Positions 1 to 7,559 of a DNA stretch of 36,890 bases are shown here, one piece after another (the first letter of the stretch is position 1; every line of letters starts with the position of its first letter). The stretch comes from Rhodospirillales bacterium (GTDB taxonomy: Bacteria; Pseudomonadota; Alphaproteobacteria; Azospirillales; Azospirillaceae), in NCBI GenBank assembly GCA_003165295.1, contig PLTC01000142.1, positions 1 through 36,890 on the forward strand. The letters run 5' to 3'. A program made the translations under genes and the position numbers. The notes under the pieces were generated by a model. That model worked only from the letters and a program-made list of their open reading frames with translations, was not told where the DNA came from and made no database searches.

Positions 1-117
1 TTGGTTTGCTCGATTTCGTCGTAGAAGCATCGTTGTCTCCAAAGCAGTTTGGATGGTAGATGTTACAATGGCGCTGTTTGCACGCTTCAGGGTGAACGGC
101 ACGATTCGGGAACTCAT
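1..117 (-). CDS. possible 5' end of a further minus-strand gene running off the window (39 codons, product unknown)
   Basis: ATG at 117-115 (minus strand) opens a frame (MSSRIVPFTLKRANSAIVTSTIQTALETT...) that stays open to position 1. It is co-oriented with and downstream of wzt. Too short to classify. Confidence 0.2.
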   Translation of the reverse strand, partial: MSSRIVPFTLKRANSAIVTSTIQTALETTMLLRRNRANQ

Positions 118-188
118 GCAGTTGGCATCATTTGGCGGACTCGCATTGGCTGTATAGATGCCCATGTATCTCTACCGAAGACCTTCCA

Positions 189-243
189 TGGGGCAGAGCC
201 CTGCAAAATCAAGACAACAGTGATATCCTGGCGCCTATGGGGT
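189..243. repeat. copy 1 of a ~50-nt intergenic repeat (GGGCAGAGCCCTGCAAAATCAAGA...TATCC.GCGC.TATGGG); the second copy is at 7081-7135
   Basis: Direct alignment to 7085-7135: the first 24 nt are identical, and overall identity is ~85% with one indel. The short hairpin GGGC-aga-GCCC is retained. Both copies sit in intergenic DNA. Confidence 0.6.
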
Positions 244-283
244 GGTGGCCCCGGCGACCATGAGGTTTCGTTGCCGCTGGTGA

Positions 284-1603
284 TTACAGCCGGCCGACTT
301 CGGTGAAGCAGGTTTCCAGTGCGGCGATGCCGTAGAACGGCAGCCAGGGTTCATTCCAATAAACCGTGACCGGCCCCAATCCCATCCTGCGGTCGTGGAC
401 GGTGCCGGTGTTGGGTGGGTGGCCGGCGCTGTCGCCGACGGCCACCAGCAAAGAATAGTCGCCCGGGGTCAACGACATTCGCAGGCGCGCCGACATCACG
501 AAGACGGTTCCGGTGGCCACCGGCGCCAAATCGAGATGCTGGTTGCGGCAACCGCACTCGAACACCGGGCGTCCGAAGCGGTCCACCAACCCGATGCCGA
601 AGTTCGGTTCGGTGACGGCCTCCCGCGCCTCGACCACCACCTGAACCGTCAAAAAGTCGGAAACCCGGACCAGACCGGCCGGCCGCCCGTGGTCGTCCAC
701 CACCCGGACGCCGAGAATGCAGAGACCGCCGACGCCGGCAACCGGTCCGGTGGTCAGGATCGAGTCGCGCCGGATCGCCTCGATTTCGTCGCCGAGCGTC
801 GTCGCCGGTGCCCCGGCGGGCGGCACCGTGGCCGCTGCCGCCGGCGGCACGGCGGGCAGGGGACGCCGGGTCCCGAGATTGGCCTCGGCATAGTAACGGG
901 CGACCACCTCCTCCGGCCGGCCGGCCCGGACGATACGGCCGCTGCGGAGCAGGATCACCTGATCGCACAACTCCTGGACCGCAGCCATGTCATGGGATGC
1001 CAGGATCAGAGTGGTTCCGGCCGCCTTGAGCCGGTGAATCTCCCGGGCACATTTCTGTTGAAACTGGTGGTCGCCGACGCTCAGGGCCTCATCGACGATG
1101 AATACCGAGGGCTTGAGGAACAGGAACAGCGAAAACGCCAGTCGGACGAACATGCCGGAAGAATAAAACCGGACCGGACGGTCGAAATACGCACCAAGGT
1201 CGGCGAAGGCGGCGATCTCATCGACCCGCCCGGCGGCATAGCCGGGCGGGAAGCCGAGCAGGCTGGCGCTGGCGAAGACGTTCTGGCGGCCGGTCAGCTC
1301 GGGCGTGAAGCCGGTTCCGAGTTCCAGCAGCGCCAGCGTCGGTCCCGCGGTTCGCGCCGTCCCGGTGGTCGGCACCGTCACCCCGGTCAGAATCTTCAGC
1401 AGCGTGCTCTTGCCCGAACCATTGGCGCCGATCAGGCCCAGGCACTGACCGGCCGGAACCTCGAACGAGATGTCCCTTAACGCCCACACGCCGGCATGGC
1501 GCGGCTTGCCGTCCAGCCATTCCAAGGCCCGATACCAGGGCTTTTCGTAAATTTTAAACCGCTTGCCCAGGTTGTCAACGGCAATCATAGGTGTTACGGT
1601 CAT
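284..1603 (-). CDS. wzt: polysaccharide/O-antigen ABC exporter ATP-binding protein (Wzt/KpsT-like), with a ~170-aa C-terminal extension resembling the Wzt glycan-binding domain
   Basis: Walker A (GANGSGKST) and ABC signature (SSGM) are present. The opening NLGKRFKIY...LDGKP..WALRDISFEV is typical of Wzt/TagH. The gene overlaps wzm as ATGA (stop/start coupling). The RBS GAGGGA sits 6 nt upstream. Confidence 0.85.
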   Translation of the reverse strand: MTVTPMIAVDNLGKRFKIYEKPWYRALEWLDGKPRHAGVWALRDISFEVPAGQCLGLIGANGSGKSTLLKILTGVTVPTTGTARTAGPTLALLELGTGFTPELTGRQNVFASASLLGFPPGYAAGRVDEIAAFADLGAYFDRPVRFYSSGMFVRLAFSLFLFLKPSVFIVDEALSVGDHQFQQKCAREIHRLKAAGTTLILASHDMAAVQELCDQVILLRSGRIVRAGRPEEVVARYYAEANLGTRRPLPAVPPAAAATVPPAGAPATTLGDEIEAIRRDSILTTGPVAGVGGLCILGVRVVDDHGRPAGLVRVSDFLTVQVVVEAREAVTEPNFGIGLVDRFGRPVFECGCRNQHLDLAPVATGTVFVMSARLRMSLTPGDYSLLVAVGDSAGHPPNTGTVHDRRMGLGPVTVYWNEPWLPFYGIAALETCFTEVGRL

Positions 1604-2385
1604 AGCAAGTCCCTCAACTCACCGCGCAGCCGGCGCAGCACGAAGCTCCCCGCGACCAGACCCAGCGCCGCCCACGCCATCATTCCGAGCCAGACAACAG
1701 GAGCCGGCACCGCATGATCGACCAGAATGTCACGCAAGCCGACCAGAAAGGGGAGATAGGGATGCAACGCCAACAACGGTCGCAGGCCCGACGGCAACAG
1801 GGTCGGGGCGTAAACGATCGGAACCAGCCACATGCCGATCTGAAGCAGGATCGGGATCAGTTGGGCGAGATCGGGAAAGAAGACGTTGAGCGTTCCCAGC
1901 GCCAGCCCGAGCCCGTAGGCGAAGACCAGCAGCAGCACCAGCACCGGGACGGTCAGAGCCCAGGTCCAGTCCGGCCCCCGACCTTCGAGGATGGCCACCG
2001 CAAAGACCAGGGCCAGGGAAATGGCCATGGTCAGGGCGGAACTGGCGACAACCTTGGCGCTGAAGACCGTCTCTGGGATAGCCAGTTTCTTTAGATAGGC
2101 GGCATGATCCCGGAACGCGGTGGTGCCGCGCCGGAGGCAGTCGCCGAACACCAGCCACGGCAGCAGACCGGAACACAGATAGAGCAGGTAGGAACGCGGC
2201 TGGTGGTCTCCGGCATCGAACCGGGTCGGCATCAGGGCCGAGAAAACCAGCCAATAGACCGCGACCATCGCCAGCGGATGGATGAAGTTCCACAGGATGC
2301 CGGCGCCGGTTCCGGCGTAATGGTGCCGGAAGTCATGGAGGGCATTTTCGAGGATGTAGCGGCGATGGTGCAAAAGCGTGATCAT
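1600..2385 (-). CDS. wzm: ABC-2 type polysaccharide exporter permease (Wzm/KpsM-like)
   Basis: Multi-TM hydrophobic protein. The N-terminal pattern RRYILENALHDFRHHYAGTGAGILWNFIHPLAMVAVYWLVF matches the Wzm/KpsM signature. The ATGA overlap with wzt is typical of this pair. The start is taken at the internal ATG (2385, MITLLHH...) because the longer frame would overlap the upstream gene by 161 nt. Confidence 0.75.
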   Translation of the reverse strand: MITLLHHRRYILENALHDFRHHYAGTGAGILWNFIHPLAMVAVYWLVFSALMPTRFDAGDHQPRSYLLYLCSGLLPWLVFGDCLRRGTTAFRDHAAYLKKLAIPETVFSAKVVASSALTMAISLALVFAVAILEGRGPDWTWALTVPVLVLLLVFAYGLGLALGTLNVFFPDLAQLIPILLQIGMWLVPIVYAPTLLPSGLRPLLALHPYLPFLVGLRDILVDHAVPAPVVWLGMMAWAALGLVAGSFVLRRLRGELRDLL

Positions 2386-3655
2386 CAGAGCGGGCCGTGG
2401 TCGGACCGAAGCCGGTCGTTTCGGAAAAGACGAGAGGAAGGTCGGACCACCAGGAGGATCGACGGTGCCCAAGGTCCCGTCCGGGCGCCGCAAGCCGGCG
2501 CATCAGATCGATAGCCACCCGCAGCGGTTCGGTGACTCGCCATGAGGTTGAGGTCCTGATCTGATGGATCTGCACCGTCAGCCCGGCGACGTCCTCTTCC
2601 CGCTGCGCGAGCCGGGTTTCCAGCGTGGCCAGCTGGCGATCATACCAGGTGGCCGGCGCCGGCGGCGTTCCCGAAGCGGAGGCCCGGAGGCTCCGCCCGG
2701 TTGCCGGCCGGAACGCCTTCAGGACCGGATGTTCCGGGGACAGCCCGGGCACCGAGGCGAGGGTCGCGATCACGTTGCGTTCGATCGCGGCGTAGTCGAG
2801 ATCCGGCTGATCAACCTGATAGCGGTTAACGTTGGCGTTGGAGAAGTCCACGGCCAGTCCGGTCCGATTGAAGAGTTCGAGAGAGACCCGGGAGCGGTAG
2901 TCAACCTCGGCGGACAGACGGTCGACATCAAGGATCAGGTCGGCGACCGGCCAGGAGTCGACCAGGGTCGCGAGGTAGAGGTAAAAAAAGACGAAATAAG
3001 CGATCTCGTGGCTGACCCCGGACAGGAACTGTTCGTAACATGCCAGGTCCCGGGCCGGGTGCGAAGTCTCGATCAGCGGGATATCGTAGACGTCGAGCAA
3101 GGGCCGGATCAGCGGGTGAGTCCGGTTCTGGCCACAGATCAAAAAATTCGTGGTGAGGAAATAGGGGCGGCCATAGGTGGTGGCCTGTTGGATGACCGAG
3201 GACCACTGCTTTCGTGGCTGTCGGAGCACGATGACGTTGAACGAGTCGAAATGAGACTTGAGCCAACCGACCCGCCCAAGCGATCGGGAAAACCCGAAGA
3301 CCGGTGTCTTTCCTTGGGCTGTCGCATGGTCGATCAGCATTCCGACATAGCTTTGGAGTGCGGGCTGGGGGGCCTCGGCGGCCAGAAAGAACTGCCGATA
3401 GGAAAATTCGGGAGCGAAATGGCGCACCCGGTCGCCTTCGACGAACGGTCGATATTCCGAGAAATAAGGCGCGTCCAGGGTCGGATGATGGGAGTTCCAA
3501 CTCTCTCCGGTCAGTGACAGCAACCGTTTCGCATCAAATCCCAAGGACTCATGGAGCGGCTCATAGTATGCCGTGGTCGATGATAGTTGCCTGAATTGAT
3601 TCCAGACATAGGTACTACCACTGCGAAAGCTGCTGTGCAAAAAAACTGCTGCCAT
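2333..3655 (-). CDS. Stf0-like sulfotransferase-domain protein with C-terminal coiled-coil region; first gene of the wzm-wzt operon
   Basis: The N-terminal FLHSSFRSGSTYVWNQF matches the 5'-PAPS-binding loop of Stf0-type sulfotransferases (RSGST). A later RQPRKQWSS segment is compatible with the 3'-phosphate-binding region. The C-terminal ~90 aa is heptad-like (WYDRQLATLETRLAQREEDVAGLTVQIHQIRTSTSWRVTEPLR). An AT-richer promoter-like region lies upstream (3656-3790). Confidence 0.6.
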   Translation of the reverse strand: MAAVFLHSSFRSGSTYVWNQFRQLSSTTAYYEPLHESLGFDAKRLLSLTGESWNSHHPTLDAPYFSEYRPFVEGDRVRHFAPEFSYRQFFLAAEAPQPALQSYVGMLIDHATAQGKTPVFGFSRSLGRVGWLKSHFDSFNVIVLRQPRKQWSSVIQQATTYGRPYFLTTNFLICGQNRTHPLIRPLLDVYDIPLIETSHPARDLACYEQFLSGVSHEIAYFVFFYLYLATLVDSWPVADLILDVDRLSAEVDYRSRVSLELFNRTGLAVDFSNANVNRYQVDQPDLDYAAIERNVIATLASVPGLSPEHPVLKAFRPATGRSLRASASGTPPAPATWYDRQLATLETRLAQREEDVAGLTVQIHQIRTSTSWRVTEPLRVAIDLMRRLAAPGRDLGHRRSSWWSDLPLVFSETTGFGPTTARSDDHAFAPSPLHPRKCPP

Positions 3656-3905
3656 AGTCCAACACTCCGCGCGCTATCAAGACTTCAAAGCTGATCAATG
3701 AATAATACCTGAAGTCTCGATGATCAGAACCAGCGCACCGCTGTTCCGACATTCCATTTGATGCTGAATCGGTTATAGAGCCGGGCTGGGGTTGGACCAA
3801 GTCCTGATTGGCAATAGTCCGGTGACGCATGGTAACCCGATGTGTCCTCTGTGTCGGTTATCGCGTGTGGTCAAAGGGATAGGTGACGATGTGAAGCGCC
3901 CCGGG

Positions 3906-4499
3906 TCAGATTTTGTCGAGCAGCATGGCCACGCCGGCGGCGGCGAGGCCGATTCCAAAGACCCGGAAGCGGATCAGCGCCGGCATCATCACCGCGAGAC
4001 CGAGGCCGCCGGCCATGGCCAGCAGCGCCGCCGCGCCGTAGCCGACCCAGGCGGGAAGGGGAGAGCCATGGGGCAGGGCTCCGGCCAACGGATAGCCCTC
4101 GAACACCGCGACCAGGGCCACCACGCCCCAGGGACTCAGCAACGGCAGCCGGACTGCCAGTACCATCAGGACACCGATCGCCACCAGCGCCACCATCAGT
4201 CCTTCCCCGGTATGGGGCACGATGACTCCGGCCTCGCCGATCAAACTGGCCGGCACCGAAACGGCAAGGGCAACAGCCGGCAGTTGCCAGACCGCGTTGC
4301 CCCCCAGTTGCCCGGACCACAGGCCGATTCCGACGAAACCCAGCAGTGCGGCGAGGCTGCTCAGGGGGAGTGTGTAGCCGGTGGCGAATTCTCCGCCGGT
4401 CAGCGCCAGGTCGTGAGCGGAGGCGCCGGTACCAACGGTCAGACTCAAGGCGGCGATAGCGGCGACAACGGCGACGGCCGCGAAGCGGTGATGGGGCAC
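3906..4499 (-). CDS. hupE: HupE/UreJ family metal (Ni/Co) transporter
   Basis: Signal peptide plus the HH...AHD motif (MPHHRFAAVAVVAAIAALSLTVGTGASAHD), followed by glycine-rich TM helices typical of HupE/UreJ. The annotated long frame (to 4592) has a non-signal-like N-terminus. A GTG at 4499 with AAGGA upstream gives a canonical precursor. Confidence 0.7.
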   Translation of the reverse strand: MPHHRFAAVAVVAAIAALSLTVGTGASAHDLALTGGEFATGYTLPLSSLAALLGFVGIGLWSGQLGGNAVWQLPAVALAVSVPASLIGEAGVIVPHTGEGLMVALVAIGVLMVLAVRLPLLSPWGVVALVAVFEGYPLAGALPHGSPLPAWVGYGAAALLAMAGGLGLAVMMPALIRFRVFGIGLAAAGVAMLLDKI

Positions 4500-4703
4500 G
4501 GCAAATATCCTTGTTTTGGCGAGGTTCCGGGCTTTCGGGCCGGGCGTTCGGCTAATGGGCGACGGCGTATCGAGACCCGCGGCCTGTGTCATTCGACGCG
4601 CCGGCCCATCGCCACGCTGGCACGTTGTCGCGGCGTGGCAACGGGGCTACACTGCCGGCAGTGCCGGTCGGGACAGACCGGAGGGGGTGGAGGAGAGAGC
4701 TTG

Positions 4704-5279
4704 ATGCGTCGGTTATGGCTGTCGGCACTGTTGGCCGTCCTGGTTTCGAGTTGTTCAGTCTCTGGCGACGACATGCTGCAACCGGCAGAGCCGGTGGCCT
4801 CGGGTCTCCAGAGTTCCTTCGTGCCGCCGCCGCCGGCGATCAAGGCCCGGCTCCAGGATTATCTGAACTGCCAGGTGACGAGGCAGCAGCTTCCCCAATA
4901 CGCGGGTTTGCGCAACAGGTTCTTTTTCACCGGTGGTCCGCCGGTGGCAGGCTCCCTTGACGCGGCGGTGCCCGGTGATGAGGAACAGGTGGCGCTGGCC
5001 AAATGGGAAGTCGATCGCAAGGCGTGTGTCATTGCTCTTGCCGAGTACATCGAGTTCTTCGCACCCTTCGACAAGACCCAGCGGGTCCTGTTTACCACTT
5101 TTGAAAATTCCGTCCGCACCATCCACGACACTCTGATCAAGGGTCAACTGACCTGGGGTGCTGCCCTGGGCCAGATCAGGCAGGCGGAGAAGGCGTTCTG
5201 GGGCACGCTTGCCGAGCGGAACAAGGACCTGCGGGATTCCATCGTCGAGGGTTGGTTCCAAGGCCACGCCACACCGTGA
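4704..5279 (+). CDS. hypothetical lipoprotein (191 aa)
   Basis: Lipobox LVSSC after MRRLWLSALLAVL. A strong SD (GGAGGAG) lies 7 nt upstream of the ATG at 4704. The rest of the 495-aa frame track ORF upstream is a shadow of hupE on the other strand. Confidence 0.6.
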   Translation: MRRLWLSALLAVLVSSCSVSGDDMLQPAEPVASGLQSSFVPPPPAIKARLQDYLNCQVTRQQLPQYAGLRNRFFFTGGPPVAGSLDAAVPGDEEQVALAKWEVDRKACVIALAEYIEFFAPFDKTQRVLFTTFENSVRTIHDTLIKGQLTWGAALGQIRQAEKAFWGTLAERNKDLRDSIVEGWFQGHATP

Positions 5280-5366
5280 TCCCAGAATACCGCCGAGTCG
5301 CCATGCCGCCGGATCGATGGTGCGCCGGGTTGTCGGTTGTGGCCGTCACGAATCAGGGGTAGCGGG

Positions 5367-6974
5367 ATGCTCGTCAAGGACTACCTTCTCGAAGGCTATC
5401 GCATTCTCGATGTTCTGGGCATCGGCGGGTTCGGGATCACTTACGTAGCGGTCGACGAGACTCTCGAAGAAAAGGTCGCCATTAAAGAGTTCGTGCCGTC
5501 GGGTGTCGCCTATCATGTCGGTGACACCGTCAAGCCGGTTTCCAACTCGGTACAAGAAAGCTATGAACGGCTGTTGGTGGATTTCCTCGCCGAATCACGC
5601 CATATCGCTCGAATCCGTCACCCCAATGTGATCCGGGTCCGCCGTTGCTTCAAGCGCAATGGCACGGCCTATCTGGTCATGGATTACGAGGACGGCGAGG
5701 ACTTCCAGGGCTACCTTCAGCGGCTGGGCCGTCCGCCGGCCGAAGCCGAACTGGTGCGGATCATCGGTCCTTTGCTGGACGGCCTTCAGGCGGTCCACGC
5801 CACCGGACTGGTTCATCGCGACATCAAGCCTTCGAACATCTTCATCCGGCATGGCGACGGCTCGCCGGTGCTGCTGGATTTCGGCGCCGCCCGCCAGGAA
5901 GACTCTTCCCACTTCACGGCGGTTCTGACCGCAGGCTATGCCCCCATCGAGCAATACGAAGAGGCCAGCCGGCAGGGGCCGTGGACCGATATCTACGGTG
6001 TCGCGGCGGTGCTGTACCGGGCGATTACCGGCGGCAAGCCGCCGTCGGCACTGATCCGGATGGCCCAGGACCGTGCGGTGCCGGTGACCGAGGCCGGCGC
6101 CGGCCGCTACTCCGAGGCTTTGCTGCGCTGGATCGACCGCGGTTTTGCGGTTCTGCCCGAAAACCGCCCCCGATCGGTTGCCGACTGGCGGGCGGGTTGG
6201 CTCGGGGAAACCACCGCCCGGGTCCTCCCGGCGGCGGTTCGGCCGATCGATCCGTCGGCTGACGAGCCGACGCTCAGACGACCAAAGCCAGACCGGGCCG
6301 CGGCCGGCCGCGACGACACCCAGCGGCATACGGTTCCCGATGCTCCAACGGCGGTCAGCCTCGTGGCGGATGCCGGGTCCGGCCTCGATCCGGTGGACCC
6401 GGCCGACAAAGCCGCCTGGATCGACGCCAGCGCCACCCATACCGCAGCGGAATACCGGGCTTATCTGGAACGATACCCCGAGGGCGCCTTTGCCGGCCGC
6501 GCCCGCGCCGCGCTGGCGGCCATCGGGTCGCCGCCGGCTCCGTTATCGGCTCCGTCATCGCCGGTGGCCCTCTCTCCGGCCGCGGCCAGCCTGACCAACC
6601 CGCCGGGTTCCGCGCCGGCCACCGGGTTCGATGCGCAGCCGGTGATCATTCGGGTCTTCGAGGCCCCGGTGGCGGAGGACGATGACGGCCCCCGACGCTT
6701 CGACTTTATCCGGCCCAGCCTGGAGATTCTCGGCCTGCTGGCCATTTCCGGTTTTGTCGCGGTGGTGGTGGCGAACGTCATCCTGCACGCCCTGTTTCAC
6801 GACCAAACTCTCACCAATCTGCTGATTTCAACCCTGGTCAGCGGCGCGGTTTCGGTGGGTATCGTTCTGTGCAGCCGCGAAACCAATGTCTATTCGGCGC
6901 TACTGTGCGGCGGCGCCACCGCGTTGGTCAGTGTCATCCTGTTCGTGGTGATTTTCGGGAAGTATCTGATGTGA
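5367..6974 (+). CDS. Hanks-type serine/threonine protein kinase with Pro/Ala-rich linker and C-terminal multi-helix membrane region
   Basis: All catalytic subdomains are present: GIGGFGITY (I), VAIKEF (II), E in SYERLLVDFLAES (III), HRDIKPSN (VIb), DFG (VII), GYAPIEQY (VIII), DIYGVAAVLY (IX). The C-terminal ~90 aa form 3-4 hydrophobic helices (LEILGLLAISGFVAVVVANVILHALF...LVSVILFVVIFG). Confidence 0.85.
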   Translation: MLVKDYLLEGYRILDVLGIGGFGITYVAVDETLEEKVAIKEFVPSGVAYHVGDTVKPVSNSVQESYERLLVDFLAESRHIARIRHPNVIRVRRCFKRNGTAYLVMDYEDGEDFQGYLQRLGRPPAEAELVRIIGPLLDGLQAVHATGLVHRDIKPSNIFIRHGDGSPVLLDFGAARQEDSSHFTAVLTAGYAPIEQYEEASRQGPWTDIYGVAAVLYRAITGGKPPSALIRMAQDRAVPVTEAGAGRYSEALLRWIDRGFAVLPENRPRSVADWRAGWLGETTARVLPAAVRPIDPSADEPTLRRPKPDRAAAGRDDTQRHTVPDAPTAVSLVADAGSGLDPVDPADKAAWIDASATHTAAEYRAYLERYPEGAFAGRARAALAAIGSPPAPLSAPSSPVALSPAAASLTNPPGSAPATGFDAQPVIIRVFEAPVAEDDDGPRRFDFIRPSLEILGLLAISGFVAVVVANVILHALFHDQTLTNLLISTLVSGAVSVGIVLCSRETNVYSALLCGGATALVSVILFVVIFGKYLM

Positions 6975-6983
6975 GTCTTCAGG

Positions 6984-7107
6984 CATCTGATTTTGTGGGC
7001 ACTGCCCACACCCGCAAAGGGCCGGCAGGCCCTTTGAACCCGGGAGTCTTGGAGGTCAAGGAGGCGAGCCTCCTTGCGGGTGCAGGGCAGAGCCCTGCAA
7101 AATCAAG
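6984..7107. ncRNA. highly structured intergenic element: four consecutive perfect hairpins enclosed by an 8-bp inverted repeat (TGATTTTG...CAAAATCA); candidate sRNA or REP/MITE-like element
   Basis: The four hairpins are GTGGGC-act-GCCCAC (6996-7010), CAAAGGGCC-ggca-GGCCCTTTG (7015-7036), CAAGGAGG-cgag-CCTCCTTG (7057-7076) and TGCAGGGC-aga-GCCCTGCA (7081-7099). The flanking 8-mers at 6984-6991 and 7100-7107 are exact reverse complements. No U-tract follows on either strand. Confidence 0.45.
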
Positions 7108-7135
7108 ATAATAGTACTATCCAGCGCATATGGGC
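7081..7135. repeat. copy 2 of the ~50-nt intergenic repeat (see 189-243), containing the perfect palindrome ATAGTACTAT
   Basis: Aligns to 189-243 at ~85% identity. It overlaps the last hairpin of the structured block. Confidence 0.6.
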
Positions 7136-7211
7136 TTTGCCCTCGGCTGCCAACGACCGTGACGGCCCTGGACCCCCATGACGACATGGGTTCCAGGGCG
7201 GCCCGCCGGTC

Positions 7212-7443
7212 TTACTTCTCGCCCTTGGCCGGGTCGAGCATGCGGTGCATGTGGACGATGAAATAGCGCATGTGGGCGTTGTCCACGGTGGCGCCGGTGA
7301 CGCCGCGCCAGGCCTTCAGCGCCTCGGCGTAATTGGGGTAGATGCCGACGACGTGCAGTTTGCCGGGGTCGACGAACTCGGTGGAGTCCGGCGAGGTCAG
7401 TTCGCCGCCGAACACCAGATGCAACAATTGCTTGTTTTCCATG
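7212..7443 (-). CDS. DUF4170 domain-containing small protein
   Basis: MENKQLLHLVFGGELT...GIYPNYAEALKAWRGVTGATVDNAHMRYFIVHMHRML matches the conserved alphaproteobacterial DUF4170 pattern (LHLVFGGEL...PNYAEA..AWR...VDNA.MRYFIVH.HRLL). Start is taken at the internal ATG. Confidence 0.6.
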
Positions 7444-7559
7444 GGGATTCCCGTCAAAGGCTGAGACTTTGGAGTGGACCGGAGCGCGTTGTCGGCGCCC
7501 CGCAACAGCAATCAAGCCGGCTCCGGGACCCGCGGCTGCGGGCTCCCGGTTCCAGGCTC

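Noticed and set aside
395-1480. 361-aa plus-strand ORF, and many similar long ORFs elsewhere (e.g. 7245-8522 +, 11943-13721 +, 15672-16727 +, 19675-22395 +, 20195-20923 -, 22192-22923 -, 23149-24060 -, 35177-35971 -)
   Set aside because: All of them lie antisense or out of frame to genes with clear family signatures. They translate to Arg/Gly/Pro/His-rich low-complexity sequence typical of shadow ORFs in ~67% GC DNA. None has a recognisable motif.
1600-2493. Full-length 297-aa wzm frame starting at 2493
   Set aside because: It would overlap the upstream sulfotransferase gene by 161 nt. The internal ATG at 2385 still leaves the conserved Wzm N-terminal motif intact.
3792-4703. Upstream 304 codons of the 495-aa plus-strand frame 3792-5279
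   Set aside because: This part overlaps hupE on the opposite strand and is low-complexity. Only the segment from ATG 4704 (lipobox, strong SD) is credible.
4500-4703. Cobalamin riboswitch in the hupE leader
   Set aside because: Only a degenerate GGCACTGCC resembling the B12 box is seen. The GGGAA/GGTG core elements and the paired architecture are absent.
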